DNA of 64,000 nucleotides from Bacteroidales bacterium (GCA_045616665.1 JAZLHE010000066.1:1800-65799), one strand, 5' to 3'; positions 9,007 to 18,181 are shown, counted from the stretch's first letter. Notes: generated by a model from the sequence alone, not told the origin. Numbers and translations: made by a program.

Positions 9007-10461
9007 ATGAAATTCAATCCAGAAAAATGTCGTATTCCCGATGAAATCGGAAAACCATTCATCGACCCGGAAGAAATTTGGGACTACATCAACAACACGA
9101 AAAGCACGCCGGAACGCGTCCGCGCCTTGATCCAGAAGTCATTGGACAAACAGCGTTTGACGATGGAAGAAACAGCCGTGCTTATCAACACGACAGATCC
9201 TGAACTGGTGGAAGAAATCAAGGAAGGTGCCCGTGAGTTGAAACGCCGTATTTATGGAAATCGTATCGTGCTTTTTGCCCCGCTTTATGTGGGTAATTAC
9301 TGCGTAAATAATTGTAAATATTGCGGTTTTCGTTCTTCCAATCACGAGCAGGTGCGTACCACGCTGACTGATGAGGAGTTTGTCCATAATATTGAGGCTT
9401 TGGAAGAAGACGGACAGAAGCGATTAATTTTGGTTTATGGCGAATCCCCCAAATATTCACCGGAATTTATTGCCCATACGACCCGTTTGGCCTATTCGGT
9501 TCACAAGGGCAATGGTTCCATTCGTCGTGTCAACATCAATGCCGCTCCTTTGGATGTGGAAGGTTTCCGCACGGTGAAGGAAGCCGGTATCGGAACCTAT
9601 CAGATTTTCCAGGAAACCTACCATCCGGAAGCCTATACCTGGTATCATCCGGCCAATACCATCAAGGGAAATTACGAGTGGCGGCTGACTTCTATGGACC
9701 GTGCCCAACAGGCCGGCATCGACGACAACGGGCTCGGTATTTTGTTCGGCCTTTATGACTGGCGTTTTGAAGTGTTGGCTATGATTCGTCATACCAATCA
9801 CTTGGAAGCCTGTTTCAATGTGGGTCCCCATACGATTTCATTCCCGCGTATCAAGGATGCTTCCGGTTTGAATATCGATACGAAGTATTTTGTCGATGAC
9901 GAAACCTTTGAAAAGATTATTGCCATTTTCCGTTTGGCCGTTCCTTATACGGGTATGATTTTAACGGCACGCGAAACCGCCGAATTCCGTGCCAAGGCCA
10001 TTCAATACGGAATTTCCCAAATTGATGGCGGTACCAATTTGCAGATTGGCGACTACAAATATCATCACGAAGAAGAAGAAAAAAACAGTGATAAAGTGGA
10101 GAACCAAAACCTGCACCGCGAGCAGTTCAAGATTGGCGATGACCGCAATCTGGGCGAAATCATCGAAGAATTGTTAGACGAAAACTACATCCCGAGTTTC
10201 TGCACGGCTTGCTATCGTTTGGGACGTACGGGCGAGCATTTTATGGAATTCAGCGTGCCCGGCTTCATCAAGCGTTATTGCACGCCGAACGCCATTCTGA
10301 CGCTTAGTGAATACTTGGTTGATTATGCCACTCCAGAAGTCGCCGCCAAGGGTTGGAAGGTTATCGACAACAATATCGTCAATGTGGATGAAAAGTTCCG
10401 TGAAGAATTGCTGAAACGTATCGAACGCATTAAAAATGGCGAAAGAGATTTGTATTTCTAA
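9007..10461 (+). CDS. hydG: [FeFe]-hydrogenase H-cluster radical SAM maturase HydG
   Basis: LFAPLY, CxxxCxxC (CVNNCKYC), FQETYH, GPHTISFPRI, and the C-terminal auxiliary cluster motif FCTACYR...KRYC. Confidence 0.93.
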   Translation: MKFNPEKCRIPDEIGKPFIDPEEIWDYINNTKSTPERVRALIQKSLDKQRLTMEETAVLINTTDPELVEEIKEGARELKRRIYGNRIVLFAPLYVGNYCVNNCKYCGFRSSNHEQVRTTLTDEEFVHNIEALEEDGQKRLILVYGESPKYSPEFIAHTTRLAYSVHKGNGSIRRVNINAAPLDVEGFRTVKEAGIGTYQIFQETYHPEAYTWYHPANTIKGNYEWRLTSMDRAQQAGIDDNGLGILFGLYDWRFEVLAMIRHTNHLEACFNVGPHTISFPRIKDASGLNIDTKYFVDDETFEKIIAIFRLAVPYTGMILTARETAEFRAKAIQYGISQIDGGTNLQIGDYKYHHEEEEKNSDKVENQNLHREQFKIGDDRNLGEIIEELLDENYIPSFCTACYRLGRTGEHFMEFSVPGFIKRYCTPNAILTLSEYLVDYATPEVAAKGWKVIDNNIVNVDEKFREELLKRIERIKNGERDLYF

Positions 10462-10594
10462 TCGAAATCCGGCTTAATGGTTATTTTTTTCTCATAACTT
10501 GGCGACAATATTGCAAATTATCCTTATTGTTCCTGTTCTTTCCGGATTTAGTATTTGACTCTGGAAAGTAATAGTTTCGTATATCGTTTTTTTG

Positions 10595-10602
10595 TAATTT
10601 TG
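10595..10602 (+). promoter_or_regulatory. -7 promoter element of the island operon, lying between inverted CAAGTTATGA repeats
   Basis: TAATTTTG, with TCATAACTTG at 10492-10501 and CAAGTTATGA at 10609-10618 and 10668-10677. Confidence 0.6.
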
Positions 10603-10673
10603 CATTGTCAAGTTATGATTCGTAAAATATTAATGATACTTGGTCCTATTGAGGTTTTAAACACTTGCAAGTT

Positions 10674-11744
10674 ATGATTACGCAAAATATGTCCGAACGT
10701 ATCACTTCATTGCGTTGGTTGTGTATTATTCTTGTGGTGTTGCAGCATTCTGTACAATGGCCTTATTTCCAGTCATCTATGGCTGATTTTTGTTTTGAGC
10801 CAGTGTTTGGGTGGATATATATGGTGGTTGAGTATGGACTGGGCATTGGAATAGTGCCAGTCTTTTTCATAATGTCGGGCTATCTGTATTTTGAAAAGCC
10901 TCGCAAATATAGGGATACTATCGTGAAAAAGAGCAGGGGACTTCTGCTTCCCATAATACTATGGACCGCTATTGTCTGTATAGAATATTTGGCGCTGAAA
11001 CGGTGGACAGGAGAGATTGATAGATTCGCTTTCCTGAACAGTTCTTCTCCACTGGAGTGGTTCAAAGGAATAATCGGAGACTACTCCAATATGATGCATG
11101 GCGGAATAGGCGTTCCTGTGTTATACCAATTTTGGTTCATACGAGACCTGTTTATATTGTCGCTTCTGTCACCAGTGATAAACTGGTTACTGCAAAAGAT
11201 TCCGTGGATATATATGACAGTTTGTTTGGCCTTGATGTTTTTCTTGATTTCTCCGGCTGTTGCGCCCCATGCCCTGTTCTTTTATTCGCTTGGCGGGCTC
11301 TGTGCAATCAGAGAATGGAATTTCTTCGATCTTGCAGACAAATATGTACCTTGGCCGTTGATAATCATAGGTGCCGTAGCAGCCGTCATATTTGTTCATG
11401 CAGAAGGAATATATTGCGGTATCACAACTCATTTTCTTGCTCACATGCCAACATTTTTCCTCTTGCTGAAGCTGTCGAAATTTCTCATTGCCAATAAGAA
11501 AGTATATGAATTCACCAGGAAGATGGCGCCTCAGTCCATGTTTCTTTATGGAGCCCATACCTATATGCTGATAAACGTCATTGGCATGATGCTGGTAAGT
11601 ATCATTGACGTAACCGGTACACTGGGCATAGTTGTCTTTTTTTTGCTGCTTTTTTTCGTGGATGTGTGTATTTGTACAGCGGTTGGAATTGCGGTACGGA
11701 AATATTTGCCTAAAACATTCGGTTTGCTAAGTGGAGGACGTTAG
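10674..11744 (+). CDS. Membrane acyltransferase family 3 (OafA/YrhL-like)
   Basis: ITSLRWLCIILVVLQH, VPVFFIMSGY, QFWFIRDL and SMFLYGAH motifs, with about 10 TM segments. Start uncertain (10665, 10674 or 10689). Confidence 0.85.
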   Translation: MITQNMSERITSLRWLCIILVVLQHSVQWPYFQSSMADFCFEPVFGWIYMVVEYGLGIGIVPVFFIMSGYLYFEKPRKYRDTIVKKSRGLLLPIILWTAIVCIEYLALKRWTGEIDRFAFLNSSSPLEWFKGIIGDYSNMMHGGIGVPVLYQFWFIRDLFILSLLSPVINWLLQKIPWIYMTVCLALMFFLISPAVAPHALFFYSLGGLCAIREWNFFDLADKYVPWPLIIIGAVAAVIFVHAEGIYCGITTHFLAHMPTFFLLLKLSKFLIANKKVYEFTRKMAPQSMFLYGAHTYMLINVIGMMLVSIIDVTGTLGIVVFFLLLFFVDVCICTAVGIAVRKYLPKTFGLLSGGR

Positions 11745-11746
11745 AT

Positions 11747-12919
11747 ATGAATGAAGTATATAAACAGGTGTGCCCGGGATTGTATTTCGTAGAGTACGAT
11801 GATTTCGACTTTGACAAGGCCGCTGAATGGGCAAACAAAAGATTCTTTCCCGAAGGACCGTTTTGTTCAGCTGTGAGAAAAGGTAGATATGCTGGACGAA
11901 ATATGGATATCTTGTCAGAATTCAAGGCTGCCGTTATTATGCTGATGAAAAGCAGTTGTGCTCGTTTTTCCTCTTTGAACACTTCTGAAATCTCATTATT
12001 CCCCGCCATTCAGGATGCAATCGAGAGTCAAGAAAGGAAAGACGTATATTACAAATTACCGCAAATGGCATACGATGGCATTAACGAAAAAGGCGTCACG
12101 GCAATATCATTGATGACATCAAACGGCAATGCATCGGAAGACAGGTCAAAATGGGGAGGCCGGGAGTGGGGCAAGAGTGCGGCATTTACAAAGCCGGATG
12201 CCATGAAGACCTACTCTACAACACTGCTGGTAAGGTACGTGCTTGACAATGCGGCAAATGTGGATGAGGCCATCGAACTCATAAAGCAAGTCAACTGGTT
12301 CGACCCTGACAGATTTACCTGGCGAAATCATGCCGGTGCTCTCAAATGGCTGATATCCGATCCTAAAAAATCCGCTGTGGTGGAATTTATTGACAACGAG
12401 ATTAAAATTCTTCTTACAGACGATGTCAATAGGCCTTCGCTAAGAACCCTTGCAGCTAATTTCAGTCAATATCTTATGGAAAAGGGGATTGTCCAATATG
12501 ACGCAACAGGATACGAACGTTTTGACCTGATGTGCGATCTATATAAGAATGTGGATGATTCCATAGATGGTATCCGGTCTGTTCTGAGGTCAGTAATGAT
12601 GTCGGAAAAACATAAGCGAAACATTTCAGACAAATACTTTTTTGCGACAGAATATATGTGGGACGAATCTCCTACGGGCAGACATTTCAATGCAGAAGAG
12701 ATTTATCAGGGAAATGCCAGACAAGATCCTGATTTTGTTAAAATTGTTGAACTGGAAAAGGAAAGACATTACAACAAGTCGCTGAGACCAAAAAACTATC
12801 GGACTCACGTTACCGTTTATACAACAGTATATGATATGGCAGAAAAAAAATTATGGATACTGCTCAACGAGGGAGTGTCCGACAGCAAATGGTATGAATT
12901 CGAATTTTTAAATAAATAG
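11747..12919 (+). CDS. Ntn linear amide C-N hydrolase (choloylglycine hydrolase / acyltransferase-like)
   Basis: C40-SAV...GRNMD, DGINEKGV, LLVRYVLDNAANVDEAIELI, LISDPKKSAVVEF and GYERFD motifs. Confidence 0.8.
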   Translation: MNEVYKQVCPGLYFVEYDDFDFDKAAEWANKRFFPEGPFCSAVRKGRYAGRNMDILSEFKAAVIMLMKSSCARFSSLNTSEISLFPAIQDAIESQERKDVYYKLPQMAYDGINEKGVTAISLMTSNGNASEDRSKWGGREWGKSAAFTKPDAMKTYSTTLLVRYVLDNAANVDEAIELIKQVNWFDPDRFTWRNHAGALKWLISDPKKSAVVEFIDNEIKILLTDDVNRPSLRTLAANFSQYLMEKGIVQYDATGYERFDLMCDLYKNVDDSIDGIRSVLRSVMMSEKHKRNISDKYFFATEYMWDESPTGRHFNAEEIYQGNARQDPDFVKIVELEKERHYNKSLRPKNYRTHVTVYTTVYDMAEKKLWILLNEGVSDSKWYEFEFLNK

Positions 12920-12923
12920 AATT

Positions 12924-14132
12924 TTGAAAAATATAGCAATAATATCGCATGATAATATTATGTCGTGGTCTGTGGCGAAGATTGCGGTTGGGCTGAACGA
13001 TTATTTGAATAGCAGGGGATTGGACTCCAAACTGTATGTTGCTGCTGGTGAAGACAGTTCGTCAGTTTGTATTTTCAACAGCAAGGTTGATATGGCCATC
13101 CACAAATTCCTTTTCTGGCTTACCGGAAAGGATGGAAATTACTCTCATTATTCCACACGAAAATTGCTGCGGAAACTTGAAGAACGCAAGGTTGATACGA
13201 TCTATATCCTGATGATGCATTCTTTTTTCATCAATGAGTCAATGCTGTTCAACTACATAAAGAAACAAGGTATTTCTGTGGTGAATATTATGCTTGACGA
13301 ATATGTTTTTTCTGGCAAATGCCATTTTAACTTCGGATGTAAGGAATTGGAAGATGAATGTGTGAATTGTCCGCATCTCAGAAAACACCCTGTCTGTTTG
13401 ATGAAATCCGGACCGCACAAGGTGTTCCTCCGTAAGAAGCGAAACTATGAGGGAACCAATATGGTCTTCGTTGGTCCCGAGATGGCACTGAATGGAGCGA
13501 GTCGTTCTCCTTTGCTGAAGGGACGTGTCTTGATAGAGGCCGATGAATGTATCGACACTCTCCGGTTCCGTCCTCGGGATACATCCGCTCTAAGACGGGA
13601 ATTGGGTATTTCCCAAGACAAGATCGTTTGTATGTGTGTGGCAGTGTATGATGGTATTCATCATGAACGCAAGGGTGTGCCATATTATATCGAGTTGGCA
13701 AGACGGTTTGAGCAGGACGACAGATTTGTTTTCGTGCAGGTGGCCTATATGGCTGATTATCCCGGAGGACTGCCATCCAATTATATTGCAAAAGGTTTCA
13801 TCGACGATATCGACCTCGTTGCTGAATATCTATCACTTGCAGATCTGTTCATCTTTCCGTCTATGGCAGATACAATGCCAAACACTTGCATTGAGGCTAT
13901 GTCTTGCGGAACTCCTTTGCTCTGCTGGAAGGTGTATGGCAACGAGAAAATGGCTCCTCCAGAGATTGCGACGTTTGTTACTCCCGGAAATCTTGATGAA
14001 ATGGAAGAAGTGGTGAATCGGCTTGAAAAGAAAAATGAGAATATGATAAACCGATGTCGCGAATATGCCGTTAAGAGATATGATAATCAGGCATATTTCA
14101 ACAAACTAATGAAAATAGGAGAAAATTTATGA
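12924..14132 (+). CDS. GT4 / GT-B glycosyltransferase (WcaC-like)
   Basis: FSGKCHF...C...CP Cys cluster, RKG motif, and ADLFIFPSMADTMPNTCIEAMSCGTP. Confidence 0.88.
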   Translation: MKNIAIISHDNIMSWSVAKIAVGLNDYLNSRGLDSKLYVAAGEDSSSVCIFNSKVDMAIHKFLFWLTGKDGNYSHYSTRKLLRKLEERKVDTIYILMMHSFFINESMLFNYIKKQGISVVNIMLDEYVFSGKCHFNFGCKELEDECVNCPHLRKHPVCLMKSGPHKVFLRKKRNYEGTNMVFVGPEMALNGASRSPLLKGRVLIEADECIDTLRFRPRDTSALRRELGISQDKIVCMCVAVYDGIHHERKGVPYYIELARRFEQDDRFVFVQVAYMADYPGGLPSNYIAKGFIDDIDLVAEYLSLADLFIFPSMADTMPNTCIEAMSCGTPLLCWKVYGNEKMAPPEIATFVTPGNLDEMEEVVNRLEKKNENMINRCREYAVKRYDNQAYFNKLMKIGENL

Positions 14133-15307
14133 AAATAAAAAAAGATTTTATTCCGTTTTCTCGTCCTTCAATAGACGAGGATGCCGTTGAATCCGTTGCG
14201 GAATCCATCCGTGCGGGGTGGGTGGCAATGGGTCCTAAAGTCCTGCAATTTGAAAAGGCCATTGCAGAACGTACGGGCGCTTCGTACGCTATATCAATGA
14301 ACTCGGCGACAGCAGGTCTGCATTCGTCAGTCATGGCAATGGGTATAGGGAATGGTGATGAGGTAATCACTACACCGATGACTTTTGCTTCAACAGTGAA
14401 TGCCATAATCTTCGCTGGCGCAAAACCTGTACTGGTGGATATTGACAGACGGACATTCAATATTGATACAGCAAAAATAGAACAGGCTATAACAGCTCAT
14501 ACGAAAGGAATCATACCCGTTCATTTTGCCGGAATGCCTTGCGATATGGATGAAATCGAAAGGATAGCTTCAAAATACAACCTCGTGATCATCGAAGATT
14601 CCGCACATGCTTTAGGAGCTTCGTACAAGGGTAAGGAAATAGGAGCAGACAAAGGCAAAGGACATGTGGTCGTGTTCAGTTTTCATCCTACAAAAAACAT
14701 CACAACAGCCGAAGGTGGAATGGTCTGCACTGAAGATGAGGATATCGCCGAATATCTGTCCGTCTTCAGACAGAACGGGATGTCGAAAGGCGCGTGGAAT
14801 AGATACTCTTCTTCCGGTAGTACACATTACGATGTTCCTATGCCTGGATTGAAATACCAGATGTCTGACATTCAGGCCTCCATCGGACTTTCCCAGATAA
14901 AGCAGCTTGACAACTTCAACTGCCGGCGTAGGGAGCTGTGCGAGATATACGAGAGAGAGCTCTCCGATTGTCCGGGCATCACTTTTCAGAAACCGGCAAA
15001 ATATAAATATGTGCATAGCAGACATATATTTCCTGTGCTGGTGGATAGTGACATTCTCAGGATTGACCGAGACTTGTTTATGCAGCAGATGAAGGATAGA
15101 AACATAGGCACTGCCATACACTACACTGCCATCCATCTGTTCAGTGCTTATACAAGGATAACAGGAAATACAAGAGGCGATTATCCGGAAGCTGAATATG
15201 TGTCTGACAGAATAGTTTCAATTCCGATGTTCCCTGCTATGAGCTATGACGATTTGTCATACTGTATCGATGCAATTAAAGAAATATGCAGAAACAATAT
15301 TAGATAA
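14129..15307 (+). CDS. DegT/DnrJ/ArnB-family PLP-dependent sugar aminotransferase (ArnB-like)
   Basis: IPFSRPSI, GWVAMGPKV, NSATAGLH, IEDSAHALG and FSFHPTKNITTAEGGM (PLP Lys). Confidence 0.92.
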   Translation: MKIKKDFIPFSRPSIDEDAVESVAESIRAGWVAMGPKVLQFEKAIAERTGASYAISMNSATAGLHSSVMAMGIGNGDEVITTPMTFASTVNAIIFAGAKPVLVDIDRRTFNIDTAKIEQAITAHTKGIIPVHFAGMPCDMDEIERIASKYNLVIIEDSAHALGASYKGKEIGADKGKGHVVVFSFHPTKNITTAEGGMVCTEDEDIAEYLSVFRQNGMSKGAWNRYSSSGSTHYDVPMPGLKYQMSDIQASIGLSQIKQLDNFNCRRRELCEIYERELSDCPGITFQKPAKYKYVHSRHIFPVLVDSDILRIDRDLFMQQMKDRNIGTAIHYTAIHLFSAYTRITGNTRGDYPEAEYVSDRIVSIPMFPAMSYDDLSYCIDAIKEICRNNIR

Positions 15308-15312
15308 TTGAA

Positions 15313-16329
15313 ATGAAAATACTTGTTACTGGTATCAACGGATTTATAGGTTCACATTTTTTGGATTATGTGATTGCAAATACCGATTGGGAGATATTAG
15401 GCGTTGATATATCTGACAGTTACGTTAGTCGTTATGCAGGAGAAAACAGATTTTCTTTCCATAAATTGGATATTGGTGAAAATCAGGATTCGATTAGAGA
15501 GTTGCTGTTACAATCTGATTTGGCAATCCTTCTTGCTGGCATAGCACGTCCCGCAGAATATGTGCAGCACCCGTTGAAGGTCTTTGAACTGGATTTTGAG
15601 TATAATTATCAAATGGTGAAAATGTGTGCGGATTCCGGTGTGCGGATTATCTTTCCATCTACTTCTGAAGTATATGGTCTGGGAAATGACCAGCCAATGA
15701 ATGAAGAGAAAACAAATCTCGTCCTTGGCCCAATTTGCGAGACAAGATGGATATACAGTAATGCCAAGCAGATGATGGACCGCATAATCTTTGCGTTAGG
15801 GCAGGAAAGAGGACTTGGATTCACTATCATTCGTCCGTTTAACTGGACGGGACCAAGACTTGATTCTTTTGCACACGCAAAACAACATCAGGCGAGGGCA
15901 ATTACACAGATGGTATATGATTCCTTTCACCATCACGAAATAATCATTGCGGGGGAAGGAAATCAAAAACGCAGTTTTACGTGGATTGGTGATGGTATCG
16001 AAGCTATTGTATCCATTATCAAAGCAGGTGATGCCGCCTGCGGCAAAATCTTTAATATCGGAAATCCGGACAACAACTGCTCGATCAAGGAATTTGCCGA
16101 ATTGCTGTTGTCCGTCATGAAGGAATTTCCAGAGACGGAAGCAGCCGCACGACAAACAGTACTCAAGGAAGAATCGTATGCGTCATATTATGGTAGAAAT
16201 TATGCCGATACCATCAACAGGATACCGGATATCAGCAATATAAAATCCGTGACAGGCTGGAGTCCGGTTACGCCAAATTATGAGATCATCAAAAATACAA
16301 TTGAGTCTATCATAAGAAATGATGTATGA
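15313..16329 (+). CDS. Stand-alone ArnA C-terminal-like UDP-glucuronate oxidase/decarboxylase (SDR)
   Basis: GINGFIGSH, PLKVFELDFE, FPSTSEVYG, RWIYSNAKQMMDR, RPFNWTGPRLDS and IFNIGNPDN closely follow the ArnA dehydrogenase domain. There is no formyltransferase domain. Confidence 0.85.
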   Translation: MKILVTGINGFIGSHFLDYVIANTDWEILGVDISDSYVSRYAGENRFSFHKLDIGENQDSIRELLLQSDLAILLAGIARPAEYVQHPLKVFELDFEYNYQMVKMCADSGVRIIFPSTSEVYGLGNDQPMNEEKTNLVLGPICETRWIYSNAKQMMDRIIFALGQERGLGFTIIRPFNWTGPRLDSFAHAKQHQARAITQMVYDSFHHHEIIIAGEGNQKRSFTWIGDGIEAIVSIIKAGDAACGKIFNIGNPDNNCSIKEFAELLLSVMKEFPETEAAARQTVLKEESYASYYGRNYADTINRIPDISNIKSVTGWSPVTPNYEIIKNTIESIIRNDV

Positions 16330-18074
16330 ACATCGGCAGAAAAAGAAGTGACATTATCAACAAGATGTTCAGTAGTTACATCTTGTCATCAATACTAATA
16401 ATGGTATCTGTCCCCATTCTTGAGATAACAGATGGCATTATGCTTAATCGTGCGGTTTCACCGGATGCGTTGTCAATGATTGCTCTGCTGGCACCTGTCA
16501 ATATTTTCTTTTTTGCAATCAAAACCATTTTTGTCACTGGACTTTCAATTCTTTCAGCAAAAGCCTTAGGAGAATGCGATTACCATAAAGGATCGCAGCT
16601 GTTTACCGTGGCCATAACTTCAAATGCCATTGTTATAATCGGGCTTACGGCATTGGCATACTTGTTCTTTCCACAGTTTGTCCAGCTGTTTTGTAGTATT
16701 GACAGCCCAATTTATCCTCTTTTGTACGAATATGGAAAGATAATACTTTTGCAATTTCCTCTTTTGGCAATTTTGTCATCGTTTGACACATATATGCGTC
16801 TGGCAGGAAAGGCTCGCCTTGTGTCTGTTACCATTATCGTTAGTTGCTTTCTGAACGTTGTGCTGACTTGGATTTTCTTGTATGTCTTGCATTTGGGAAT
16901 CAGGGGAGCTGCCATCGCCACAATAATCTGTGCCATAATCACAAAGATTCCGTATATGCCATACCTGATTTCCGGAAAGTTCCCGTTCCGAATCGTCAAA
17001 ACAAAGTTGTCAACTTATTTTGAAATGATATGGTTAGGTGTCAAGAGAGGCAGCCCAAGTGCGCTGAATGATGTTGTTATGAGTGTTATCTTTTTCGCCA
17101 CGAATGGCATCGTACTCAATACTCAGGGAGTACAGGGAATGTTTATATGGTCTGTTACACTGCAACTGCTATCTTTAACAGGAATGATTTCAATGGGTTT
17201 CAATGGAGTAATACAGCATATTGGAGCAATGCTGTTGGGTGAAAATGATAACGAGGGATTTATGATTCTGTCCAAGAAAATGTTCTGGATTCAACTGTCG
17301 TCCATTGTGGTTGTAGTTGCATTATGTCTGATTTCCCCAAGGGACATCCTGTACTTTTTCACAAACGGAACAGTAACAGTCCCCAATCAGTTTATCCATT
17401 ATTTTATACTTGGAATCTTGATGCTTCTGCCAATGAAAACCTGCATTTCTATTACGGAAATAATAAATATTGGAGGACATACCGGCTTGGCATTAATAGT
17501 CAATTTGTTATCTCTTGTATCAATCTTTATTGCTGCTTTTGCCAGTGTGGCTTTAGGAACGAACTGTTTCTGGTGGATGCTGCCAACTCTGCAGATGATA
17601 ATACTTGTGATTTTGATGGCAACAACAATCATTATGCATATAAAAAACAGGTATTATTCCTGGTTCGCACTTATTCCCACAATGCCTGATGGAGTTTCTA
17701 TGTTGCTCACTGCAAAATATGACCCTAAGGAAATCGATCCGATGTTGAAAACTGTGTCTAAGTTTCTTGCCATTGCAGAATTGACTGAAAATGTTGAGAG
17801 AGATACACAATTGATATGTGAAGAACTCTTATATCACGTAATTGCTGAAAAGAATGCAGACCCGGATATTACTTTTGAATTGCGTCTTTCTGACAAACCC
17901 GATAAGCTGATCGTTTTTGTTAAAGAAATTGGGAACCCCAAAAATCTCAATGATTTTTTAAATGCTGAGACTTTGAGTACAAAGATGGTAAGCACTATGG
18001 TTCCTGAAGCAAAATATGATTATTTCAACGGGGTCTGCGTCTTATCAATCTGCATAAGCAAGACACAGGTTTGA
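16326..18074 (+). CDS. MATE-family exporter with a C-terminal HATPase/RsbW-like domain
   Basis: About 12 TM segments with DGIMLNR, LNVVL...LGIRGAAIAT MATE motifs, and a soluble tail containing LICEELLYHVI. Confidence 0.8.
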   Translation: MNIGRKRSDIINKMFSSYILSSILIMVSVPILEITDGIMLNRAVSPDALSMIALLAPVNIFFFAIKTIFVTGLSILSAKALGECDYHKGSQLFTVAITSNAIVIIGLTALAYLFFPQFVQLFCSIDSPIYPLLYEYGKIILLQFPLLAILSSFDTYMRLAGKARLVSVTIIVSCFLNVVLTWIFLYVLHLGIRGAAIATIICAIITKIPYMPYLISGKFPFRIVKTKLSTYFEMIWLGVKRGSPSALNDVVMSVIFFATNGIVLNTQGVQGMFIWSVTLQLLSLTGMISMGFNGVIQHIGAMLLGENDNEGFMILSKKMFWIQLSSIVVVVALCLISPRDILYFFTNGTVTVPNQFIHYFILGILMLLPMKTCISITEIINIGGHTGLALIVNLLSLVSIFIAAFASVALGTNCFWWMLPTLQMIILVILMATTIIMHIKNRYYSWFALIPTMPDGVSMLLTAKYDPKEIDPMLKTVSKFLAIAELTENVERDTQLICEELLYHVIAEKNADPDITFELRLSDKPDKLIVFVKEIGNPKNLNDFLNAETLSTKMVSTMVPEAKYDYFNGVCVLSICISKTQV

Positions 18075-18130
18075 TAGACTTTCTGATATTTATTCATTCA
18101 CTGAACGGTTTCATCGAAATCAATAAAAAT

Positions 18131-18166
18131 GAAAAAGGGACGATTTGCAGAAATCGCCCCCTTTTC
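18131..18166. terminator. Bidirectional terminator between convergent genes
   Basis: GAAAAAGGGACGATTT-GCAG-AAATCGCCCCCTTTTC. Confidence 0.75.
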
Positions 18167-18181
18167 AATAATAACTAAAAT

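Larger units (their letters stand above)
10461..18121. mobile_element. Putative horizontally acquired six-gene island bounded by the 9-bp direct repeat ATCGAAATC
   Basis: ATCGAAATC occurs at 10461-10469 (overlapping the hydG stop) and at 18113-18121, just before the terminator shared with the convergent lipocalin gene. Codon usage looks shifted by eye (more ATA/AGA/AGG). No integrase inside. Confidence 0.55.
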
